Shown one piece after another: positions 36,266 through 47,175 of a DNA stretch of 64,000 nucleotides (position 1 is the first letter of the stretch; every line of letters starts with the position of its first letter). Below the pieces are notes generated by a model that was not told where the DNA came from, ran no database searches, and saw only the letters and a program-made list of their open reading frames with translations. This stretch comes from Haliotis cracherodii. Its lineage: Eukaryota. A program made the position numbers and the translations under genes. The stretch lies in the NCBI RefSeq assembly GCF_022045235.1, contig NW_027266268.1, forward strand, positions 40,362,001 to 40,426,000, written 5' to 3'.

Positions 36266-37030
36266 GTGGTACATGGTGGTACCTGTCGGCGCCTCGGAAA
36301 GCCCACATGCAGACCGCCCGGTTGCAGCACCCACAATTTGATATGACGCACACATTTGTGTAAATGAAAATTTGAATCTTTTAGATATTCCTTAAAAGTA
36401 TAAGACCACGATTGTAATTCCTTGTTTTGAGGACCCACCAGTTGTCAAATAGAATAATCAAAGCAATGTAGCTCAAATATTATGTAATTATTCAACTTTA
36501 CGCCTTTAATTATTATAAAATGAAAAAGTACTCACAAGTTCTATAAAAATAAATATAATTAATGTTAAAAGCGTCTTTCGTTATTAATTTTAGTCAACCC
36601 ACTCCCCCAAAAATCAACAACAACGAACATAACAAACAAAAACAAAAACAGAAAACATACAAAAATAACTATTTGAACATGTTTAAATAAAAAGAATCCG
36701 AAAGTTGATATATGAGAAACCGTCTTCTGTGATCATTTGGGTCGTCCTGTGGTTTCATCATTCACCACTGGCCCGCGTGTGTAGTGGCGCTAGGCGAATC
36801 AGCTCGCCGCGATGGGTGCTGTACAACATTAACGAGCTAAACGAACACAAATTGCTCATTTTTGCCGTCGTTATGAACTCACCCAGGTGAAAAAGTAATC
36901 ATTTACCGGCAACATGTTGAATATGGCCGCAGTTAGAGAGATTCTGTGCTGCGTGACTCTTAACCAATTGACAACACACTCCCGTCAACGTCGTGCACAA
37001 CGGAGGCCACTACGTCGTGCTACGTCAACA

Positions 37031-40000
37031 ATGAGCAAGTCGTTTCTGATCGCTGACATCCTCTCTGTTCCCGAGATGCCCCAAGCAGGAGGCCAGGAGG
37101 GGAATCACCACGGTGAGTTCTGTTCTGTGTTTGTTTGTTGTTTAACACTGCAGAAGAATTCCAGCAATATGACGGCGTACGTTAAGTAACCAAATCTGGA
37201 CCTGACTAACTAGTGATTGATATCAAGACGACACACGCCGTCGTGAGTACGCAATCAACCAAGTCACTGAGTCTGATCGATGAAACGCCTTGGAATAGTT
37301 AATCATTTAAACAAATGTGAGTATGAGCTGCACTCTGATTCGTTAAAAATTGGTAAAATTCTATAAGATAACCATTTATTGTATACTTCAGTTTAAAAGA
37401 CGTTGACGTTGAAGTTGAGTAAAGTGATATTTGCATTGCAGTGAACATAACACTTTGACAGAACTGACTCTTGTCATACAAGAGTTACCTCCCTGTAAAT
37501 TGTCTCCCTTTATCGTAAGTGTCTCGCCCGTACACAAACTGTTGACATCCTTTTTACGTTAGTTCCCCACTGACAAGGCAAAATAATGAAAGATTGCCAT
37601 GAGTTAATATCACTTCTTGCCGTTTCTTATTCTCTGTTCTCTGAACATGTTCCGTTATAAACTGTAAATTTCTCATTTAACTTGTCGTTAACAGTTCGTT
37701 TCGCAAAGCGCCATTTTTGTTACTTGGCCAGCGTGTATTCTTTCGCTTCCAACATCGGTCTCGTAGCTTTCAAGAATATTTTTTTTAGAAGTTGATTTCG
37801 TATTTTACTATTGTTAACATTTGCAAACTCGGAACTATGAACACATGGGGTTAGCGATATGTGTGTTTCAGGGTGTGTAGTTGGACGTTGGGGTTACGTG
37901 TGTTAGCAAGAGCTAGTGCCGTGTGCCGAGGACAGAGCACCAGCTCCAACACATGGAGATTATCTGGCAAAGTGAATAATTTGAAACTCCCGACCCTTGG
38001 CAAGTTGTCCGAATTGTAGAAACGTTGGTGTTGAAGAGATATAATCCCACTAATTACTAACTAGGATATACAAGTGTATAGGGGAAATATTAACCGAGAT
38101 ATAGATTTCACGAATATGATGCCATCATATTTTGTTTGTTTGGGAAGCGGACCTTGGCAGCTTTGATGCCTCTTTGTCAGTACATCGTCGTGAGGGAATT
38201 GATATACTACCGTAAAAGGTAGACACAATTTTATGGATAACAACTTCTTTAATACTGTAAAAAGCGACGTTTCGGTATAGATCCTTATACCGTTGTCAAA
38301 CAAGACTGAATGAGGGACTTAGAACAGAATATATATAGTAGGTAGAGGATTAACAGTGGAAGATTAACAGTAACAATTGCATATATGACTCACGTCGCTT
38401 TTTACAGTATTAAAGAAGTTGTTAATGTCCATAAAATTGTGTCTACCTTGTCATCCGTCAACTTCTAAGTAATGCCTATCAAACAATTTATACTACCATA
38501 CGTTGTTCATGTTGTCACACAAGATTTGGGGGGACACCAATATTATTTCTACCTCGAGAATTAGTGTTGCGTCATAAAAACTGAGATTTTCGTGGCTGAT
38601 AACGACATTTGACCTATGTGGTACAGCGTTTGAGATAGTGGTGAATGTGTAGGAATGTTTATCATAAGGGGGCCACCGGCTCATTAGACAAGATTCGGTG
38701 TAAATAAATACATTTGACCTGACAGAATCTGTTTACAATACCCATCATTGCATTGTGTGACGACGTACTGGCAGACTCTGTGCATGTTTTCGGGATACAT
38801 CAAATTGCAGGCACATCTCTTTGAAAAGTATTTCGTTTCATAAAAGCAAGAAAAAGAAACAAAACAAGCAGTTTACGGTAACATTCTGTCTGCATCAGTG
38901 TCAGCTCGTCGTAGTGAGTGAGTGAGCGAGTATGGTTTTACGCCGCTTTTAGCAATATTCCAGCAATATCCATTTTCAATGTGTGGTACAGTACAGAACG
39001 TACCGTAAGTTTGCAGTGTTCCTGTGACTGTTTCCGACCTAGTGGAGCGGTCTGGTAGCCTGGTGGTTAAAGCTAGCCAGGTGGAGCAGATCCCCCAACA
39101 CTTGATGTGGGGCGGTGGGCTAGCCTAGTGGTTAAAGCGTTCGCTCGTTACGCCAAAGACCCGGGTTCGATTCCCGACATGGTACAATGTGTGAAGCCCG
39201 TTTCTGGTGTTTCCCGCCGTGATATTGTTGGAATATTGCTAAAAGCGGTGTAAACCCATACTCACTCAATACTTGAAGTAACTTGAGGCTTTCCTCTCGC
39301 ATCAAGCTGACACGCTGTGATATATAAACTGAACGGCTTTCAACCCAAATCACCCCTTCACATATTCGCATCCCATTCGCAGAAGTTCGCATCCCACCTT
39401 TAAGCAACTGACTAAATATACAATCGTACGTTTTGTTGATCATTAGGTATACTGATTGTAAATTCCCGACATGGTTCAATGTGTGAAGCCCGTTCTGGTG
39501 TTTCCCGCCGTGATATTGCTGGAATATTGCAAAAGATAGGGCGTAAAACAATACCCACTCATACACTCACTCGACCTTGGAAAGTTTTGATAACGTTTGC
39601 AATTTGTTGGTCAGTTCCCATTGTAAAGTGTAAACTTTCTTATGCCCGGCAGTTATATATGCTACCTAAATATATTTGTTCAACAGGATCTGATCAGATA
39701 CAGGTCAATTTACTCAAACTTTACTTACACTACATGTATCACCAAATTAGCGCTAGCTTAACCTCCTCTTAGATACTGTATCCGATACTCACTGAGATAG
39801 CTTCTAGATCCATTACATCTAGAGAATGGTCAGTTTTTTATTCTGTGATCGAAATGAATTCTTCTCCACTCCCACTGACAAACTGGATATTGAAAGTTTT
39901 GTTCAAATAGATTTCTGGAAGAGAATGATATACTTACACTGCTCTGGGGGGGGGGGGGGGGGGGGGGGGGTCAGTTTAAATACAACGTGGAACTGTGTGC

Positions 40001-43000
40001 GGCCTTGGGAAAGCATAAGACTAATATTCTGTGAATATATCTTAAATTTGAAAAAAAGTCTCAGATTATCCCCTCTTTATAAACCATCATGGTGTTGTAA
40101 CCATCTCCCAGACGACATATCTTTTGTAGTAAGATCTCAACAGGTTTTACAATTGCTCCTCGGGTTTTACATTTGCTCCCCAGGTTTTACAATTGCAATT
40201 GTAAAACCTGGGGAGCAATTAGAATTTTCATCAATTAACTTACTTTGAGTAAGGAAAATATCGTCATCGTGCAGTCCGCGCAGCGGCCCGCGATAACAAC
40301 TGTTATAAAGCGTGTCTCGTTATACCGCGCTTATTTGCGACCCGTATACCGCGTAAATATAAGCTCCAAAAATGACATAAATTAATGGATAGCGTTTTAT
40401 AAGTTGGACAAACCATTCCACCTCAGGAATGGTATGATTGTATAACCGGGTAGGCACAGAAAAGCCTCGGACGCGTCCGAGGCTTTTCTGTGCCTACCAG
40501 GTTATACAATCATTCCATTCCTGAGGTGGAATGGTTTCTCCATAACTTACATCTGTTGTATAGCAACAGCTCTTACTTGTGTACATAGATGATGATATAT
40601 AGTGATACATCTTGTGTTGATAATACACCTGTTTATGTAACCACTAGTACCATGCATCGGAGAAATATCAGAGTTAGCGTAAAACTTTGGATGCAAATTC
40701 TGGGGTAAAAAAAGAAATCCATCCATAAATCGGATCCACTGTGTATAACACAACACCATACGCTCATCACATCTTACCCTATTCTGTTCTAGTGAGTGAG
40801 TGAGTGAGTGACGCCGCTTTTAGCCATATCGCAGCAATATCACGGCGGGGGACACCAGAAATGGGCTTCACAGATGGTACCCATGTGGGGAATCGAACAC
40901 GGGTCTTCGGCGTGACGAGCGAACGCTTTAACCACTAGACTACCCCACCGCCCTATTCTGTTCTATGACACTGGAAATTATATGAATAGAGTAGAAGGAC
41001 GTATGTTTTGGTGACAACCATCTCCACAAAACTCCTACAATTGCTACATAATGTAAGCTGTAGTAAACTCTTCATGCACAGTACATCCAGCCACTAACTT
41101 AGGCGTCAAGACTCAGTGTAAGATTACAACCGCGGTCATGTCCGTTTTCACTATCAGGTGATGGACGAAATCCCCTTCCACAAGACAGGATAGGCAATGT
41201 ACTTTATGTGGTAGACAGTGTAATGTAAAAAATAAACCTTTTTTTTCAAACATTTTCGGGGACAATGTATTTTTTTCGATGAAATCCCGGTTCTCGCGAA
41301 TTAGTCTCTACCTCAATGAAGGTTGCTTGGTTGGTTTGTTGTTTTACGCCGCACTCAGCAATATTCCAGCTATAGGACGGCGGTCTGTAAATAATCGAGT
41401 CTGGACCAGACAATCCAGTGATCATTGATCCACGCAATTGGGATCGATGACATGCATCAACCAAGTCAGCGAGCCTGACCACCCGATCCCATTAGTCGCC
41501 TCTTACGACAAGCATAGTCTCCTTTTACGGCAAGCATGGGTTGCTGAAGAGCTATTCATTCTACCACGGATCTTCACGGGTCCTTCAATGAAGGGTGAAG
41601 CTCAAGTCAGATTATTAAATATCCTTTCTGCATTTGTGTTAAACGTCGCTAATTGATCTTCCCCTTTCGTCAGGGCACAAGGCTGGCTATGGTGTTACTT
41701 TGTTACATTCGCTTTCCCCCTCAGTGACAATGTGCTCGTGGAGCACCCTCGGATTACAGGTCATCTGTGAATTGTGACTGAATGATGTAAGTCGCCGCAG
41801 GCGGGGCTGATAATCTGTGTACCCTCGTTACTCCGATTGTCCTCAATACCTGGTATCCCAGGGTTACGTGGGTGTGATGGTAAACACTGCTTGTACCGGC
41901 TACAGGGAAACCGCGTCACCTCGTTACCCCGTGAACGTCGACTATGTATGACAAGAATGGCAGAGTTAGGCCAGTGGCTCTTATGGATTCTGCCGGGATT
42001 AGGATTTTAAATATCTGGTTTCGATTTCCTTCCGTTTGTCTTACCTTCATAGGAAATAACTTGAACCTGCGATCCCTCACTCACTCACTCAACCACTCAC
42101 TCACTCACCAACCACACAACCAACTAAAACCCACTCACTCTCTCAACTACTCACACAACTCTCTATATGACTCAAATTTAGAATTTGTTGTGCATACTAT
42201 CGGAATGGTATTTAAAGATATAAAGTATATCCACGTTATACTGACGTTTAAGACCACACCAGATACACAAATATAGTCCTTTAGGGTTTTAAGTCAAAAC
42301 ATAGCGTGGAAAAGTATTATAGGACTCTGTAAGCATCAGCGCCCTGTATCTGAAGCCACTTCACAACCATGTAGTCGCTGTCGACGTTACCGTCACTGCC
42401 AACAATCACATTCCCCTATACTTTCTCACTAATCCGGACTTATCTTAAAAACACTCGGAAACGCTTATCCCCTGATTGGCCAATAATGCGTGTGTATTAC
42501 TCCGCGTTAGCGCTAAGTGATGAACAAATGGAGGAGTGATGAGGTGCAGTGAAGCGGAAGTATCTGGTAGTTAAGACGAGAGATGTCAATCAAAAGGAAT
42601 TAGTGCCCCAGATGGCGCGGCTGTTATAGTACTCGTTGACAGGAGGGCGTCCCCAAAGACGGCGAACATGTACTGACATTCTGTGAAGCAAGACGTATTG
42701 TTTTGTTTATTTATTTCTAAGCATTAATAAGCACCTTTGTGAATTTACATTTCCGTTTGTTAATGTTTAAAAAATGAGAAGAAAATCTCAACTTTGTTGT
42801 GACTTTAATTCGATACTTTTGAAAAAAATACCCTTGTAATCAACAATAATTATTGAAATGATATATAGGATTCTATTTTTATTTTCATTCTTTAAAATCA
42901 AAATACGTTTTTTAAATTTAAGAACGGAACTGTGTTCAATTGGTTTAGCTAAGGTGTGATCGTTCTATTTATGCGATCCGATGTATATCTCGATACGATG

Positions 43001-44531
43001 TATACGTCGAAACGTGTCATGCAAGAAGACACGCTCCATCATCAAAGGGAATAAATAGTTCAACATTTACATTTAGTAGATTTGGTTAATTAATGAAAAA
43101 GTGGACCGATATTTCTTTAACTACAAGTTATACGTCACAATTTCACATATCGGTTTTTATCGATACTTGATCTTGACACGATACTCTATCGCGTCACAGG
43201 ATATCGTAGTATAGAAGACGTTCAGCTTATCGTTACGCCTTATAAATTGCACAAAAAATCTCAGACGTTAACTACTTTAGTGAAACCCACGAGGACGGGC
43301 GGGGCACTGACAAACCTAGAAACATAATCGGGGCGAACCAGGATTCGAATCACAAAAGCGGTTTACTCTTCATTTTCAAAATCACGCTGAAGCCGTTGTG
43401 ATATTTCTGGAATAATACTAAAAGCGTGTAAAACCATCCCCACTCACTCATTTTCAAAATGCTCTGTCGAAGCGTACTGTGCAACTACTCATACTTCTGC
43501 AAGTCGATATTTTAGTGTGCTAAATAGACAAGTATCATACCTGTTTGTTGTTTTTGAACACACGTTAGTTGTTTTCCTTGGCAAGACTGTTATAAACTGC
43601 CACGAACGTGAACTGTTTCAGATTCTCCCACTTTAGATTCATCAACGGAGTCGGACAGACTGGAGGTGCAGACGACTGATCTGTCGTTTGCATTGTCGCA
43701 CAGAGCCAAATGTCAACGTCGCCGGAGGACGGCGTTCACCAATCCCCAGCTGCAATATCTGGAGAAGAAGTTCCGCTGTCAGAAATACCTCAGTGTCAGC
43801 GACAGAGCGGAAGTCTCCAGAAAACTGGATCTGTCGGAGACCCAAGTCAAGACCTGGTACCAGAACAGGAGGTGAGAGCTAGCGACAGAACACTGAATTT
43901 GTCAGAGAATCAAGGTACCATACAGAACACATGCGACTCGAGACCGAGGTACCAGAATGGGACCCACTTGAACAAAGGGTCCATCTTAGTGCTTCGATCG
44001 TAACTCCCATACTTTAACACATACTTAAGATAGTCGTAGCGTTAAGATCGCTTTGTGCAAGTGGGACCAGGTCAGAGCTGGCGACTGAACACTGAATCTG
44101 TCAGAGAACCAAGGTACCAGAACAGAAGGCGAGAGCTATAGACAGAACACTGACTTTGTCAGAGAACCAAGGTACCATGCAGAACACAAGGTGAAAGCTG
44201 GCGACAGAACAGAGGATATGATCCAAAGACAAGATTTTGTACTATGACTGATGTTGAGAGTGACTGCAATAACGCTGTTCCATGGTGACTCTGTTAGTAA
44301 TTGCTCGAACTTGTCTTTTGCAGAACTAAATGGAAACGGCAGACGACACCAGAGGCACGAGCGCAGGAACTGCGTCATCACATGTGTGACGCAATGGACT
44401 GTCCAGGATCTAGTCACGTGACGGGTGGTGGTCCTGTGTCGCCCCTGCAGCTGCGGCTGGCCATGGCGATCGCCGTCAACACCGACCCCGTCCTGGCGCA
44501 GTACTGTCTGAGGGCGGCAGGCGTCATCTAA
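37031..44531 (+). CDS. NKL/Bar-class homeobox transcription factor, probably Bari family (BarH-related), 179 aa, 3 exons
   Basis: Exons 37031-37112 ([12 protein letters not shown], eh1/Groucho-binding motif), 43622-43871, 44324-44531; 540 nt in frame. Homeodomain [58 protein letters not shown] has the Bar-class TWYQNRR. An extra exon in the 6.5-kb first intron cannot be excluded. Confidence 0.88.
38215..38450. mobile_element. Penelope-like terminal remnant with inverted duplication
   Basis: ggtagacacaattttatgga..cttctttaatactgtaaaaagcgacgt is inverted at 38393-38448; carries a ccGAAAcgtcg motif. Confidence 0.6.
39109..39572 (+). mobile_element. SINE family A copy, captured flank and duplicated 3' half of the SINE
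   Basis: Full SINE 39109-39268, 195-bp block shared with 46819-47013, then a repeat of the SINE from ttcccgacatgg onward. Confidence 0.85.
40410..40537. repeat. 128-bp loopless palindrome (64-bp arms, 2 mismatches)
   Basis: aaaccattccacctcaggaatgg...cctcggacg|cgtccgagg...ccattcctgaggtggaatggttt, centre 40473/40474. Confidence 0.95.
40792..40953 (-). mobile_element. SINE family A, full copy with TSD
   Basis: Reverse complement of the 30847 element; TSD ccctattctgttcta at 40777-40791 and 40951-40965. Confidence 0.9.
41326..41582 (-). mobile_element. SINE-like family B, near-complete copy
   Basis: cccgtgaagatcc..cagcaacccatgcttg..gtcgtaagaggcgactaa..ggtggtcaggctcgctgacttgg..ctggaatattgctgagtgcggcgtaaaacaacaaac; at least 8 copies in the window. 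Confidence 0.85.
43958..44070. mobile_element. MITE (~110 bp) in homeobox intron 2
   Basis: TIRs cccacttgaacaaag / ctttgtgcaagtggg; internal gatcgtaactcccatac shared with 48698-48810. Confidence 0.75.
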
Positions 44532-45040
44532 CAGCGTGAGTGAGTGAGTGAGTGAGTGAGTGAGTGAGATGACGTCATCTACCTGTGTGAGTGAGTCAAC
44601 TGGCGTCATCTACCTGTGTGAGTGAATCAACTGGCGTCATCTATCTGTGTGAGTGAATCAACTGGCGTCATCTAGCTGGGTGAGTCAACTGGCGTCATCT
44701 AGCTAAGTGTGTCAACTGACGTCATCAATACTAGTTGGTTGTATGAGTGAGTCAACTGGCGCCATCTAGCTGAGTGAGTCAGCTGACGTCATCTAGCTAA
44801 GTGAGTCAACTGACGTCATCAATACAAGCTGTGTGAGTCAACTGGCGTCATCTGGTTGTATGAGTGAGTCAACTGACGTCATCTAGCTAAGTGAGCCAAC
44901 TGACGTCATCAATACAAGCTGGTTGTATGAGTGAGTCAACTGGCGCAATCTAACTGTGCGAGTGAGAGGGGGTCATCTAGCTGTGTGAGAGAGGGGGTCA
45001 TCTAGCTGTGTGAGAGAGGGGGTCATCTAGCTGGGTCAGT
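44520..45040. repeat. (GAGT)n plus ~26-30-bp minisatellite starting at the homeobox stop codon
   Basis: Units gcgtcatcta..gtgagtgagtcaactg; the gcgtcatcta core is the last codons and stop of the CDS. Confidence 0.9.
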
Positions 45041-46667
45041 GAGTGGGACGGCTTCATTTGTCGTATTCCGTCAGTAAAACTCCAAGATGGTTGTTACTGA
45101 CCTAATATGAGACCTTATATCGCCAGTAACGGCAATTTGGGATTTCACAACACCCACCTCGCATATTTCAAATGAGAATTCTGGTACAGAAATTCGTTAT
45201 ACTACACTGTTTTGTGTTTTAATATCATTATTTGTGATGTGCAGAGACATTTACTTTTAAAGAAACCACTTTATTACTAAACACTGTAGAGAAAAAAAGG
45301 CTCACAGTGGAGGTCACTACACATAGCAACGTCATAGAACATCATATAGGATGACGTCACAAACAAGCGAACAGATAGCACCCTGTCGTTAGAGAAAAGC
45401 GGACTGCTATCAAGTTACAGTGACCTCCAGATTTCCGATCTCATGCGGGCATTTTTATGATAATTGTATCCATTTTAGCTATAATACTTGTTTAAACGTT
45501 CACGTGAAGTGCATAATATATTCCATTGTTTACGTTTATGTTTACATTAAAGCGTTGTATCGGAAACATATGTACTCTTTATGTCATTTATACCGGTTTC
45601 GGCATAATAAATTCGTTATGGTGTCTTTAGTTGCCGTGTACGGTGTCATATTAGGTTAACAGAAACATATATAATATCTCATAGTATGACTGTCTGAGTG
45701 AGTGATTGAGCTAGCGCTATCTGGCTGTAATGTGGTCTGAGTGAGCGAGTACTAGCAGTATGGTGTCCGAGTGAGTGGGTCGGACCTACTATGGCGGTTT
45801 ATCAAGGTGTGTCTGGAACAGGTGGGCTCGAATGCTTACTAACATGTAGTCATGAGATTGGGTGAGTGAGTGAGTGAGTGAGATTGCGCCATCTTGCTGT
45901 GAGTAAATTGAGTGCCTCCATCGACACTACTGCGGCATTATGGGCAACTGAACCTGATCGTGCTGCGACCCTTGTGGGTTGTTTGATGGCTACAGCAGAA
46001 GACCGAAAGACGCGGACAAGAGGACCAGGACAGTGTGTTCTGCTGCTTCTCCTGAATTAGATGTATGGACGAAAGCATCTTGTTCTAACATGTTGAAATG
46101 AACTTCTGTTCCACTTCAAAACTCACTTAATCTGATTGCTATTCCGCAAAACTTTTTGAAGAACCATTTCTCACTCTGTTATCCCGTGTACCAGGAAGAG
46201 GTGTTACATAGTGCTGTGATGTTGTATCAGAGACAGAATACTTCATACATACAATGGAGGGATATATCATATATATCCCAGGATCTGGCCATGCAGTCTA
46301 TCCATATGCAGATCCAGCGGGGTGCAGGGGTCCATCAACATTCAACAACGGATCCGAGGCGCACTCGCTACAGTGGTGAATACGTTTATTATCAGCTGGG
46401 ATGAACATATTCCCTGTATCACCTTGCTGGCCGTGTCCGTGTGTTGGCCCAGTGACAGGGAGGCTGCGCGGGGCATGAGTCGCATGAAATAAAACGGATT
46501 ATCTTCGGATATATGTTTATTGTTATGTCCATTTGTTTTTCATTTTTTCAGTGGGTCCAGGGGTGCGTGATGGGTGGGTGGGGGCAGGGGGTGCAGTGGT
46601 CTCAGGTCTCTAACTTACAAACTTATGTCTCTGATCTATGATCCGTAGATCGCTCAATACGCGACGA

Positions 46668-46818
46668 TGGGCGGTAGGGTAGCTTTCGCTCCTCACGCCG
46701 AAGACCCAGGTTCGATTCTCCACGTGGTTACAATGTGTGGAGTCCATTTATAGTGTCCCCCGCCGTGATATTGCTTGAATATTGTTAAAAGCGGCGTAAA
46801 CCCATACTCACTCACTCA
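46668..46818 (+). mobile_element. SINE family A copy
   Basis: ggttcgattc B-box and the same body and (actc)n tail. Confidence 0.85.
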
Positions 46819-47175
46819 ATACTTGAAGTAACTTGAGGCTTTCCTCTCGCATCAAGCTGACACGCTGTGATATATAAACTAAACGGCTTTTAACCCAAAT
46901 CAGCCCTTCACATATTCGCATCCCATTCGCAGAAGTTCGCATCCCACCTTTAAGCAACTGACTAAATATACAATCGTACGTTTTGTGGATCATTAGGTAT
47001 ACTGATTGTAAATGTATCACAACACGGTCGTTTACCAAAAACGAATAGCCAAATCTCAAAATACACCCCGTACTGCGTCCATTACAGTACACGGGACAAG
47101 CTCACGGAGTGCATTGTGCGTAAACTGTTCCTTCTTATCCCAGTTTTATCATTAAAGGATGTCAGGAATATATTA

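Noticed and set aside
34392-36355. Long minus-strand ORFs (up to 563 aa) and a CRISPR-like look
   Set aside because: The ORFs are stop-poor readings of a 44-bp minisatellite in several frames; the variable parts are a few recurring variants rather than unique spacers, there are no cas genes, and the context is eukaryotic.
39946-39969. Poly-G run (and poly-C at ~52890-52915) as a functional G-quadruplex
   Set aside because: Simple homopolymers with unreliable length and no supporting context.
41672-41960. GC-richer block after an acceptor-like site in homeobox intron 1 as an extra exon
   Set aside because: The phase-compatible frame reaches a stop with no convincing donor or recognisable peptide.
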